Shown: piece by piece, positions 27,558 to 41,338 of the stretch
Layout: each line of letters begins with the position of its first letter
Position numbering within the stretch: position 1 is the first letter of the stretch
NCBI RefSeq assembly: GCF_009914755.1
Contig: NC_060947.1
Strand: one strand, 5' to 3'
Length of the DNA: 64,000 nucleotides
Origin: the human T2T-CHM13v2.0 reference genome, Homo sapiens
Translations under genes and position numbers: made by a program
Notes under the pieces: generated by a model
The model's input: the letters and a program-made list of their open reading frames with translations, nothing else
What the model was told of the DNA's origin: nothing
Databases searched by the model: none

Positions 27558-30500
27558 GTAAGTAGGGAGATTTTTCTAGCTCCAACAGAATGAGCAATGA
27601 GCTTAGCATCATTTTGCTTAAAAATAAACAAACCTCAGCTCTTCAGATTACCTCATTGTACTCATATAGACTGTTCAGAAGACAATTTATATATGTTATA
27701 CATTTAGTATTAAGTATATATTTTTAAACTATTCATCATTAGAAATGGGACGTTTCCATTATTACAAGCAAGACAAAGGATACAAAGCTCTGAGGTAATC
27801 CAGTCCAGTCCTGAGCTTTTGTGTACATACTAAAAATCGACTGCATTTTGCAGATATTCCACCAAAATGTGGTTTGTTAGATGAAAATTTCGGATTTTGA
27901 AGAAGGTACAACTTAGTATAGTCACAGCTTAAGTTTACATTAAAGCTACATGTCTGGTGTCTACTTGCATGAAACTTTTAGCCATATTTTTTAATTCGCA
28001 GTTAGCTTTTTTCATAATTTTATATGATGCAAACTAAGCTGCCTCATAATTGCTATTGTATAGCTTCATTTAATGTAAAGGATGTCACCTAATAGGAGCT
28101 TTAATCAAATCTGTTTGTGAGTCCCAAGACTTGAAAGTAAAGTTCATTGAAAGGACTTGTTGTTATTAGGAAACTGTGTGTTTTAGTGGAGTATTTTGCT
28201 CTGTTCTCTTCCTAATGCACTTCCAAATATAGTCTTAAGCTTTGATTTTTTTTTTTTTGGTAAGAAAAAATTGTATTTTTGAAATAGCAAAATGCATCTT
28301 TTACATTTCTGTAAAGAAAAAGCTTTTAATACCTAGAGTTCATAAAATCACTGTATGTGTGTATATGTGTGTATATATATGTATACACACACAGTGATAT
28401 TTTGTGTGTATACATATGCATGTACACACACATACACTATTTAGGTCATGTGTTTTAAATTTCATAAGTTGACCATTGCAGAAAACAAGTCTTCATTGAA
28501 AAAATATATTCTAAAGTTATTTGGCTATCCTATTAATGCTATTTCAGTACAGCAATTCCAGTGGCAATTACTAATGCATTTTGCCATGAATTCTACGATT
28601 GTATTGATTCTATATTGTACTTGAAACAAGCTAAATCTGAATGCTGAGCTATTTAAACATAACACATTGCAGCTCCGCCATAGCAGAGCAACAGCATGTT
28701 TTTAAATTTGCTTCTGGTATCCAAGGGCAGAAATATGTTTCAAGTGATAAGTGAAATTTGCCATGAGCGTCGTTTTCAATAGAATTAGGTGATGCATAGG
28801 GTTTTACTTTGAAATTCTGATGAATCTCTTCTCATTTTTGCACTCAAGTTATTGTTCACCATAAAATGCTTTAGGAAATGCAGGATGTACATTCAATGTT
28901 ATTTTTCAAAGACCTAAAGGCTGATACACTAGTAAATCTATATGACTGAATCTGAGTGCAAAGTACAGATAATAACATATGAATAATCATGTGGTGGTTT
29001 TAATGATAAGATTTTGTTAGAGTCTCTGGCTCATTTGTTGTTGTTTGTGTAAGTGGGACTGAATATAATGATTATATGAAACTCTTATTCCTTGACCTTT
29101 TGAGTATTACATGATTTCTGTGCAGAACTTGTTTTCATTTATTCTCATATTATTTCCTCTTCAAGTGACCAAAGAAATGCACACTTCAAGTTATATACTG
29201 ATTTTTCAGATTAAAATGCAAAAAATTGGATAAATATTAGATGAGCTCACTTGAACTGCATTATTCAAAAGATGGAAATTCAATGTTCCTCAAAAGACAT
29301 GAAAATTCTATGTTTAAGGCATTAGCCTCAAAATCAGAACTACTTAAGGGCCCTTATTTGTTTCATTCAGTGTACATATGAGCACCTGAAATATGCACAG
29401 CACTCTGATAAGATTTCCAGGATTATACATATTTTTGCTAATATTTTTCGTGGGCCAGATACTATGATGGAAGAAAGCCTGTTGACAAGCATTTTTGAAG
29501 CTTTCTCATCTTGGAAAGACGTTAATTAGTACTATGTTTTCTATCATTAAAACCACAAAAATTAGTTATGTAATTTCCTTTTGAAGGTGAGAGGGTTGGC
29601 CTTCAGTGACAAACAATAATCTAACCTTTTTACCTTTTCATTATCACAGCACTAAAGTTTGCATTTAGAGTAGACATGATAGTTACCACTACTTTATGAA
29701 AATGCTTTCTAGTTAGTCACAGCTTTCATCTTGAGGTAGCAAAGTTAAGAGCTAGAGTCCCTGGTGGAGAAATGTTTTATAGTCACATGTAAAACATGTG
29801 AGAATTGTAGTGAAATTTAAACGTAAATCATACATTTTCCCCGTTTAACACCTGCATTAATCATTTTGTATGGGATCTAAAACCAGATTTTAGATAGAAA
29901 TGTCTATCATGCTCCTGGGTTCTTGAGTAAGGACATAAAAGTAAAATGAAGCTATACACCAATATGTGGTCAAAACTCGTTTCTAAAGCAAACAAGAGTC
30001 TTTTGTCGTATAATTAACTTTGCTAAAATTAGCATGGAAAAGGAGACTATAAAGGAAACCATAAGATAATAATAAAAACTATTGCTTAGTTTTTTCTTCT
30101 CGAAGTCCCATAATAGAGAATGTTAAATTGTGTGAATGTTAAAGGAAAAAGTTTGAATAACTCTGTCCATGATGAATGAACTTTAAATAGAGGGATGGAG
30201 AAGAACCTTCTTTCTGCATTTTATCCTCCATTGTTCATTGTAGGAAGCGTAGTTATGGATCTGACGTAGGGTAATAGGAATATGTAGATAATTTGACCAC
30301 AAATAACCTGGAAGAGTCTATATTTTCAAAACACCAGCATATGTTTTCAGAAAATGGAAAACCAAGCTTTGTTAATATTGCAAAAGTTGTCCTACCGATT
30401 GGTAATCCTGAAACAATATGTTGGTAATTTAGAGGGGATCTCACGGGCACTTAACAGCACATATAGACATTTATGAGGAAAAGTTATTCACCGAAGTCCC

Positions 30501-32398
30501 AACGTTAGTTTGTCAAATGCCAGTGTCATTCCTAGAATGTTAAGGGATTGGTTTATTTTGAATTTAAATCATAATCTTTGAAATTTTAAAATATGTAAAG
30601 TTATATTTTTTAAGACATGTGAACCATTGAGAGGCAGCATTGGTTTTTTTTTTTTTAATCTCAGTAGGAAATAATTTAAAATAGTGGTGCTAGCTACATC
30701 TGCAGATTTGTTAGACTGACCTGTATAATGAGTAGTTAAAAGTTGCAGTATATCTATATGTGTATGTGTATACATGTATTATGGTTTTGCTTTTGTCATT
30801 ATCAGATACTCTTTCAGCTCTTTTCCAGGTATGATCTGGATATGATCAAACAGTTGAACCCAGACATGGCCAAAATATTTTCTCTTAGCTTCTGTTGGGT
30901 ACTAAATCTTATCTATTGCCGTTTGTGCTTTAGCTAAATGCAGTTATTTTGCAATGCAAATGAATCATTAAATGGGCCATATTCTGGTTGTTTCACTGAG
31001 TATAGACCTGCTTTAATTGTTAACGCAGGCTCACATTCTTTTGTTAGTCTCATGTCTGTGCTAAATAAACAAGGGACAAATACGACCTCTGTCTTTTCGG
31101 TGGGAGGAAATAATTGAGGTCAATAGCATATCTTTTAATTCAGAAGACTGTTAATGGCACCAAAGAGGCTTTTATTCAACTAAATAATCACTGCTTGTAA
31201 ATAGTCTACTGAATGAATATTTAAGAAAGCTGCTTCTGTATTCTGAGATTCATGGATTCTTCTGAAATAATTTACTTGGAAACTGTCATTATCTTTTTGT
31301 ATTTTATGATATCCTTTTCAACATAGGATTCTTACTGGGGTTTCAGTTAAATTTGATTTTTATTTTTAAAGCACTAGCTGAAAAATAGAACACATTTTGA
31401 TAATAACTGCTATCGGATTAATGGTTTTGTATTGTGGCTTAGCTGTTTTTTGGACACTGCTTGATATTCAAGTGTGGGAATCTGATAACAGTGATTTGAT
31501 TTATATTTGGATTTTTGGATAAAATTATGTTTAGGACTATGAGTTTACTTCCTGCTTTCTTAAACACAATTCTGCCTCTCAGAAATTCTTTTATCACTTA
31601 TCCATTAGGAAAGCTCAGTTGGAGCTGCAATTTTTGAACTATTTCCTCCTTCTGAACATGTGCATGTTTAGATGTAAAATGCTTCTTTGTCTTCACATTA
31701 TGTAGAAAATTCTGATCTTATAATAGAAATGCTAGGATTACCTAGAAAACTAGAATAATAAGTAATCTATCTTTTTTATAATTTTCAAGTATAATATAAA
31801 ACAGTATCGTACACCTTAAATTTATAACAATAAAAAATATTTGTTTTCAACCTAAAGTTTACTTCTGAACTTAATGCATGACTTTAAATGTAACATTTAT
31901 ATACTAAAATACCTTAATAGTATACCTGCCATAAGAAGGTGTACTATTTCAACCTTGATAGTATACCTGCCATAAGAAGGAAAGAAAAGAAAAGGCAATA
32001 TTGGAAAAAACAAAATTTCTATTGATAATTTTTTCAGGGACTATGAGCTGGTAAAAAAATCTGATGCCTGATTACACTTAACATTGCATAACTTGATATT
32101 TAGATTATACTATATGAGAAGCCCATTATAGTACATTAAAAAAATCCTCAAATAGTAATTATCACTTATTTGAGAATCCTTATTCTGTAGACTTTACACA
32201 TTTTTGAAACATAGTAGAAATTAATATTGATGTATCTATTTTAGCCTGTATATCTAAAGTATCAAAAATATAAATAGGGTTAGCTATTTACTAATTTACT
32301 AAACACTTAACCTCTGTGAAAAGCTTCTGACTACTAATATTGTTGCTGTTTGTTTTTTTTTTACACCATAACCACTCTTCGTTGACCACTGCATGCAG

Positions 32399-32419
32399 AT
32401 AGTTGGAAGTAAAGTTACG
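32399..32419 (+). CDS. DIAPH2: DIAPH2 alternative 21-nt microexon, IVGSKVT
   Basis: Branch-like TACTAAT (32332-32338), T tract, tgcatgcag|ATA GTT GGA AGT AAA GTT ACG|gtgagt. Phase 0/0. Matches my recollection of the 7-aa insert of the hDia2C isoform. Confidence 0.88.
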
Positions 32420-33889
32420 GTGAGTACAAAAGATGTGTTTTACCCTTAGATATGAATTTGTGGTTTTGTAAATTGTGATTTTTGCTTGTAGTATTTTATA
32501 TGTTTGGTTCTTTTGGTATATATTTTACCAAAGCAATGAGATGAATATTATGATCAGGTGATTAGAATTTAGCCTGGACAAGTATTTTTTCTGTGGTTTT
32601 TGGGAGATGTTTTAGAACTAGAATATGCTTGTATATTTTATCTTAGAAGTTTTCACCTTTTTTTTTGTTTTTGGAATTATGCCTGTGTCAGTCTTTATGA
32701 TTCTGATGAAATTGTATGTTTTACCTCAATTTATCAGGAGGAGAATCCTAAAATGTTGGTTTATGCTAACAGGAATTCTTATTAAAATATGTCACTTTGA
32801 TTTCAGTATGATTGAGCACATAGAGTAATGAAAACAACCCTTTCCATGCAGTCGGGAGGCCTGGGTGCTTGTCTTTGTTGTATGCTACTAATCAGCTTTT
32901 GCTACTTTGGGCAAGTCATGTAATTTCTCTGGGGCTCAATTATTAAATGGATAAATTGAAATGATTAGCTGAAATTATCTTTTAAGGTTCTTTCCATGGC
33001 TGTCATTTAAAGGTTTTATATTCAAGGCACTATATTTCAGTGCTATAATTACATGATACACTATTATATAACACGCCCAAAGTGGCCCGTACTGTGATTG
33101 AGAGCTGTTTGTAATTACCTTATCTTCATGACTAAGCACTCCCTAGAGAACAGGGTGGTAGGAAACATTATCTTTAACATCACCGAGTACTGAGGTATCT
33201 AGAATAGTGGATTTATTTGTTCATTTTGCTTTTAAAAATTGATTCCTTCTTTTCATTATCTTACTCTTCTTTTTTTTTTTTTTAAATTCACGAGACATCT
33301 AGGGGGAAAAGCCATCATCCTTTCAGGATAATTTTAAAAATCGAATATTTATTTAGTGCTTATTATATGCCAAGAATTATTCTAGGTGCACTGATGACTG
33401 GAAAATAAGAATGAGATAGGACCTAGTTGATATGTGTTGAAATAATCAAACCTTAAATTATGCATGCTGACTATAAATGTAATAGGAATTCATAAGTAGG
33501 AGAGAGAAGTAAGGTTGGAGTAATTAGAGAAAAATCTGTGTAAATTTCTGCACTTAAATTGGGCTTTCAGGGAATAATTAGTTATGATGGCTGGTGTTTG
33601 GCTAGGGAGGAGAGACTGTGGAGAAGCTCTCAGATTCTGGAAGTAATATTAAATGCAAAGGCCTGAAGAGAACCAAACCATGTGTGTGGAGGCAGAGAAG
33701 AAGGAAGTGAGAGATGAGGTTGACTTTGTTGAAACAAAGAATGTATATTGGAAAGAGTAAAAAATCAAGTTGAAGGATGGTCTTGAAGTCCAGGCGGCAA
33801 ATTATAAATTAGTTTGAGCAAGGAGGTAACATGATGGAAGCAGTGTTTAAGAAAAATAAATTCGATAGGTGGATAGGCTGGATTAGGCT

Positions 33890-34060
33890 AATGGTTCTCA
33901 AACTGGAAAGTACATGAAAATGCAAATTTTGTCCTGCTCCAGGAAGATTGTGATTCAGGTGGCCTGGGATATGGCCAAGAAATTTGCATTTTTATCTAGC
34001 ACCTCCAGAGATTCTGCTAAGGTAGTCTGAGAAGTATACTTCACACTTTAAGAAGTACTG
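33890..34060. mobile_element. MER5A-like hAT element
   Basis: ggttctcaaact...gattcaggtggcctggg...aatttgcattttt...cactttaagaagtactg. Confidence 0.75.
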
Positions 34061-34395
34061 GATTCTGATAGACTTATTCGGGAAGCTACCTAGGAGATTT
34101 TTGAGTGATTCAGTGAGGACTTGTATTAAAGTCCTCACTTTGAGGCTAGGTGGGGTTAAATAACGAGTTTGGGGAGATAAGAGATTTTTAGCTTATTTTA
34201 ATAAGGGCTGGAAGCAGCCTGTATTTCTAGTCTTGGTACCAACTCTCTCCCCTAATTACCCACACTGTTACTTCCTTAGTTCAGACTGTCATCATTTAAC
34301 ACCCCTGTGATTGCTGTAGCCTACCAAGCAGTCTCCTTGTCTTCAGTCTCTCACCCACCCATGCATATTCTACACTGTTACCAGTTATCTTGCTC

Positions 34396-35000
<605 letters not shown>

Positions 35001-36609
35001 TATTTCCCTCCTCAAAACATTCAAATGGCTCCCTGTTGTCCTTTGTGATCTCATCCCTGCCTGCTTCTCTAGTTTCATCTCCAGCTTCGTTCTTACTGGT
35101 ACCTGTCTTCTATCTGCATAGGAACACTTGGCAATTCCTTCATGCCTTATTCTTTAATACCTTTAAATCAAGCATGTTCTATTTTTTTGAGCTGGAATGC
35201 CGTTTTCTTCTTTAGTGTGTCCGCCAAGCTCCTAAATATCCATCAAGATTAAGCTTCCTGTCAGTCTTAGAAGAAGCTGTCCTAGGTAACTCCTTCCTTC
35301 CCATAGCACCATGTTTATAGCTCTATTGTTATATTTAACATATTTTATTATAATAAGTCATTTATATGTTCTTTTTCCACAATGTACACAGCTTCTGTGT
35401 TCAAGAAACTAGGTCTAACGGGGAAGACAGACAGGTAAACAGAATAAAGATAGGACCTGAAGATGCAATATGGTAAAATGGCAGGCCAGCAGGCTATATG
35501 TAGTGTATATATATATATATACACATATATATATATTTCCCAGAGTGTTTTGAAAAACAGTATAATGAGGTACGTGTTTTGATCCACAATGTAAACTATT
35601 TCATACCCATTGTCTTATCTGTGACCTCCTCACATTTGAGTTTGCAAATCCTGCTATAAAGGGAAGAAACTATAGGAATTAGCTTCTAGAGGAAATGATT
35701 AGGGGTTTGTTCTAGAGTTTAGGTGGGATGGTTGTCTTAAGGAAGAAATTTTTTTGTTTGTTTTTTTTTCTGCAACTAAAGGGAATAAGAAAACAATATG
35801 TAAGATCACTGGTGAAAACCAGGTACAAAAGGGCTTTTGCATCATGGTCTCAATCTTCAACAGATGGAGAGGTTTATTCATTGATAAAAAGGGCAGGTAG
35901 GAAATTTATAGAGGTGTTTCAAAAAGAAATTCTAGAATAATCACTTTAAGTATTGCATTTGCCCAGAGATTACGTACATTGGTCCAAAAATGAGTGATAC
36001 GAAAGCTAGACTGAAATCCAACAGATGGAATATGTAATGAACTAGGAGGTCGGCATGGGCCTGTTTTGCGTTTGTCTAACCAATGTTGATTAGAAGCAGA
36101 AATGGAGGCATTTGAGGCCCTCCTGATCTTGAGCTACCATCAGTCTTTACTTTTCACTATCCTATATAAATTGTACTTTAAAAGTCAAGCCAGGAAACTG
36201 CCTGTTACCTGAACAAAACCACCCCCTTAGCCTCAGGCAGTATTGCTTCTGACTTTGCTCAAGGGATCTTTTTTGTATAGAATGTTTTCTTTCCTTTGTC
36301 AACATTCTAGCCATCCTCCACAGCTCTTCCATGAAGCCTGTCTTGATCTTGATCCGCTCTCCCATTTCCACCTACAGTAATATATCTGAACTCCTATAGC
36401 ACTTTATTTTTAACTCTTAGGGAGTCACTCTTAACTTTATCTTATAGTTCCTATTTCTTTATATATTCCTTAAGGGCTTTCAGAATACTCCTATTTTACT
36501 TTATGCCTGTAGTAATTTATATCCTTAAATAATACTGTCTCACATACTATGAGTCTTTGTATATCCACGATACAGACTCTATGAAGGAAGGCAAATTTTA
36601 GTAGCAATC

Positions 36610-36745
36610 ATGGGTTTAGAGGCAAATGGACCTGGTTTCAGATTCTGTCTCTGCTATCCAAGGTCACATACTAGCTGTGTGACCTTGGATAATTTACTTC
36701 TCTGAATCTCAGTCTTTTCATTGATAAAATGAAGAGAATAATACT
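36610..36745 (+). mobile_element. MIR SINE
   Basis: actagctgtgtgaccttggataatttacttctctgaatctcagt...aaaatg core. Confidence 0.8.
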
Positions 36746-37689
36746 AAATTTGTGATATTTTTGAAGTATATTGTTTATGTTTAATATATTTAACATGTAA
36801 AGAATCTTGCAAATAGTAGGTCTGAATTACATTTTTGTTAAATGTCTTGAATTCTACAAAATGCTTGATATGAAAGACATAAAACATAAAGACTACATGG
36901 TAAAATGAGATAAGACTGAGCTGCCTTTTTTGTTGTTGTTCAGTGTTCAAGATGTTTGCTATTTGAAGATTTAAAGGGAAAAATGGGATTTATTCTGGGT
37001 CAAGAATGGTGGGAAGGATTCAGCTGGATGCTGGAAGGAGAATGTTTTGCCTGTTTATTGGAAGCTATTTGTTATGTGGTGTGGATTATTGCTGGGCTTT
37101 GAGGAAAAAAGTAAAATCATATATGATCTCAAGTTAATATTGACAAGATTATTTTAAAGATTTAATAAAATAGTTGAGGATTTGGTATAGATACTGTCTG
37201 TGATGGGAAATGATAAAATATCTTTCTGGTAGATCTCTAGAAATAGCAAACAGAATTTGGAGTAGGGAAGAGATAAAACTGAATTACTTTTTTCAATGGC
37301 TTCTCGTTCTAAATAACTGTTGCAGAATTTTGTGAAGCAAAATAAATTGTTTTTATTATTTAGTAACAATGCATGAAACAGATTTAGAAAACAGCTAAAA
37401 TGATTGATTTTATTTCACTACAAGCCAGGAATAATTTATCCACAGGTAGAAAAATAAGCATTCTTCTGTGACAAAAAGTAAGAATTGATATGATTACATA
37501 TGATAGTTGGAAAATAGCAAACATTGTAATGACCAGACCTTATAATTTTAAATAAGAGGTAATTTAATAAGTTGGCAGCAGCAACGGCTTTTTGGGAAAG
37601 CATTTGTCTCGTCATCAGAAGAGTCTGAGTTTGAATCCTGATTCACTACTCATTCATTCCCTGTGAGCTTGTAAACCTCTCTAGACTCA

Positions 37690-38600
37690 GTTTCATTCCT
37701 TTCTTGAACACAAAGTTACTGGGTACTTATTAGTGCCAGGCATTATTCCAGGTGCTGGAATGATGAACCATACAGATAATGTCTTCATGGAACTTACATT
37801 CAAGATGGGGAAACAGACAATATGACACATATAAAATATAATGACAGGTAAGCGCTATTAGAGAAAGCAGAGAGTGATCAGGGTGTGGTATTTTAGATAG
37901 GCGAGCTCTTTGGGCAAATGACATTTGAAAGGAGACCTGAATGAAAATGGGAAGAGCCATGCAAATATCTAGGGAAGAGAGAACATCAAGTGCGAAGGCC
38001 TTGAGGCAGGAGTGTGCTTGGAGTATCTGAAGGAATAGCAGAGGTCACTGTGCATGGAGTGGGGTGAACAAGGGAAAGTATGGGGGTGTTTAATCCCAAG
38101 AGTTAGGGTGACTAAAAACATATGTTAAGCATAGTTAGTGGGTTGTTAATTTGGAAAGGTAAGTTCAGGTCATTTTAGGAGAGATATTTTGAAGAATTGT
38201 CACTTTAATAGCCAGCCAGGAGCCCTGGAAGGGTTTGAGCCGTGGAACGACAAAATCCAAGGTGTATTTGGGGAAGAGAAAGGTAGCAGTGGAAATTGGA
38301 GAGGTTAGACATAAGGGCAAGGAGATCAAGTTGGGGGTTGTTGCTGTAGTTTAAGTAATAAGGGTGCTGAACTGGAGTGTGGTTAGTAGGAACTAAATGG
38401 AGGATATAGATGAGAGACAGAGACTGTGGAAGTAAAATATCCCAGCCTCAGCAAATGATTTTAAAAGGGCAGAAGAGATGTATGAATCAATAATGACTGA
38501 AATTTCAAGCATGGGTGACCAAAATGACTTGAGCATTCATAGAGTAGTCAGGGACGAGACCGAGTTTGGAGTAAAAGAAGATTGAGTTCAGTTAGATATG
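37690..38600 (-). mobile_element. L2 fragments
   Basis: gtgccaggcattattccaggtgctgg...gacatttgaaaggagacctgaatg...gagttcagtt. Approximate and may be more than one piece. Confidence 0.7.
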
Positions 38601-39194
38601 TTAATCAGGGAGAAATTACTAGAATCACAATAGCAGGAGTAAAGGTATCACCATGCAAGAACATTTATTTAGCTCTTACAGCATTAGCAGTATAATTTTA
38701 TAATTTGGTTCTCTGTTTCAAACTACTGCTTTTACCATTTTAAATGTACTCTCTGTATATTGCTGCTGAGACTATGTTGCTGATCATTCTAATAACATTT
38801 ACCTGCTTAAAAGCTGAAGCCTGAATATCTTTACTAGGTATTGAAGGCCAAGTATACTTGTAGATGATTCAGTGGACCAAGACAGAGAAGAGTGAATCAT
38901 TTTGGTGGCTTGTAGTATCATTTACCAGATAAACAATCTGACATAAAATTAAGAGGTCATATTTGTACCTTTTGCAATGTTCCTAATAATCTCAGTCAAA
39001 AAAACAAGCCCATAATAGTGAAGGTCAGATACAAATGCATGCTTCTTTGCCCTAATGGAGCATGGGAATCATGAGCACTAACTGAATGACTGTTGCAAGA
39101 GTTTTCTCAAAATAGAGCCAAATGAACTCCCACCCGCCAGCCGGCCCTCTTCCAGGCTGACAATGAAGGTAATACTGAGAGTAAGTTTCTGTTA

Positions 39195-39555
<361 letters not shown>

Positions 39556-41045
39556 TTACTTACTATAAGCTGCCTGATAGTAATATACCTAAAATACCAC
39601 CAAGTGTGGCAGCATGCTTTGTAGGCTGTTAAGCTGCTACTACATTAATAAATTGAAGTTTTATTAGTTTATTTATAGAATAGTATTTGATAATTACCTC
39701 ACGTAATATTACACTTGTGTCAGGCCAATTATTTGAATATGTTCTGTGAAAAAAGATTAAATCTTATTTTTCCTTTTTTCTCCTTTTTATAATTGTGTAG
39801 TCCAGAAGGGGGAGACAAAACATTGATTATTGGAGGTTGAAGTAGCTGCTTCGTGATGATAAAACATTGTGTTCTTGTATTCCAATTTGATTTTTTTAAA
39901 TGGGTTTAGAAATTGTAGGATAGTTGCTACTGTAAAATATTTAGTTTTATGGTGGTGATAATTTTGTTAAAAATCTAAATTCAGTCAGAATAAAAATAAT
40001 GCCATTATTTTAAACTAGCATATATAAAATAGAAAAACTCATTTGGTGATCAGATGAAAATAAGACCTGAAACTATTTAATGATGGTATATTATAAGTGA
40101 TCTTTTAAAAATAGCACAAACACTATTAAAGTACCAATTTCAGTCTTTTCTAATTTCACATTCATTATATGCAACGAGTAGCTACTTTCCCATTTCCTAA
40201 TGTTTTAACACTGCAAGCTAACTTGTACATTATACTTATTTTGGATAGGGGTATCTGTATATGTTTTGAAAGGTTTTGTTATTTGAATTTCCCTTCATTT
40301 TTGGAACACTATCGTATCAGTTCCTTCCCTTCCCGTGCATTGTCATAAATTGCATTATTTCATCATGCCAGATTAAATTCATTGTTCAATGAATGCTGAA
40401 ATATAGATTATGAAATATTAACAAGTCATCTTACCTTGGGCATTTGGAAATGTCTAAAAGACAGCATGAATGTTAGTATTATGTTTAGACATGTATTTTG
40501 AAAATTGATTATATTAATATTTATGAATAGGGGTCATTATGTTTTATAATCTATCCTGATATTAGAAATGAAAAGATGTATATTTCATGTATGATTTTGC
40601 ATCACAAATTCATTAGCTGTGCATTTTGATTGTGATCATGTTGGATATTTCTATTGAGGATATTTTTCTGTGTGTATAATCAGGTAAAAGAATCAATTTA
40701 AAATCTGATGCTTGATATAAGACATTTAAGACTAGTATAGCCATTATTTTTTGTACTGGATTGGTTTATTTTACTAACAATGGAAAAAATTTTGATCATC
40801 TATGTAGAATGAGGTAATTATATGATGTCTTTTTTTGTGTGTTTTTGTTGTTAAGTAATATAGTCTCTACAATATATATCCTTTAAAAGCTCTGTATAAA
40901 ATTTGCTGTTGCCATTATAAAACTTAAAGTGGCATAACAGAGGGATTTTTTTTATGAGGCAATGCTTCCTCTATCCAGATAGCCTTGTCGGCAGGGGAAA
41001 AAGAGGAAACAATCAGATTACAATCAATGTTTAGAAGTTACCTTA

Positions 41046-41338
41046 GGCTAGATGTAGTTGGCTCATGCCTGTAATCCCAGCACTTTAGGAGGGTGAGATG
41101 GGAGGATCACTTGAGCCCAGGAGTTCAAGATCAGCCTGGGCAACATGGCAAGACCCTGTCTCTACAAAAAAATAAAACAATTAGCTGGGTGTGGTGGCAC
41201 ACTCCTGTAGTCCAATCTCCTAGGGAGGTTGAGGTAGGAGAATCTCTTGAGCCTGGAAGTCAAGGCTGCAGTGAGCCGAGATGGCGCCACTGCCCTCAAG
41301 CCTGGGTGACACAGTTGAGACCCTGTCTCAAAAAAAAA
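41046..41338 (+). mobile_element. AluJ
   Basis: gagcccaggagttcaag and caaggctgcagtgagc. Flanks AAGTTA(C/G)CTTAG. Confidence 0.93.

Noticed and set aside
30790-30834. ttttccag|gtatga (also ttcccag|gtaata at 27057 and tctccag|gtatat at 45850) as recursive sites or tiny exons
   Set aside because: The donors are weaker, the possible exons (11 or 23 nt) break the frame, and such motifs are frequent by chance.
31911-31980. Repeat-spacer-repeat resembling a minimal CRISPR unit
   Set aside because: Only two copies, a 12-nt spacer, a eukaryotic intron and no cas genes.
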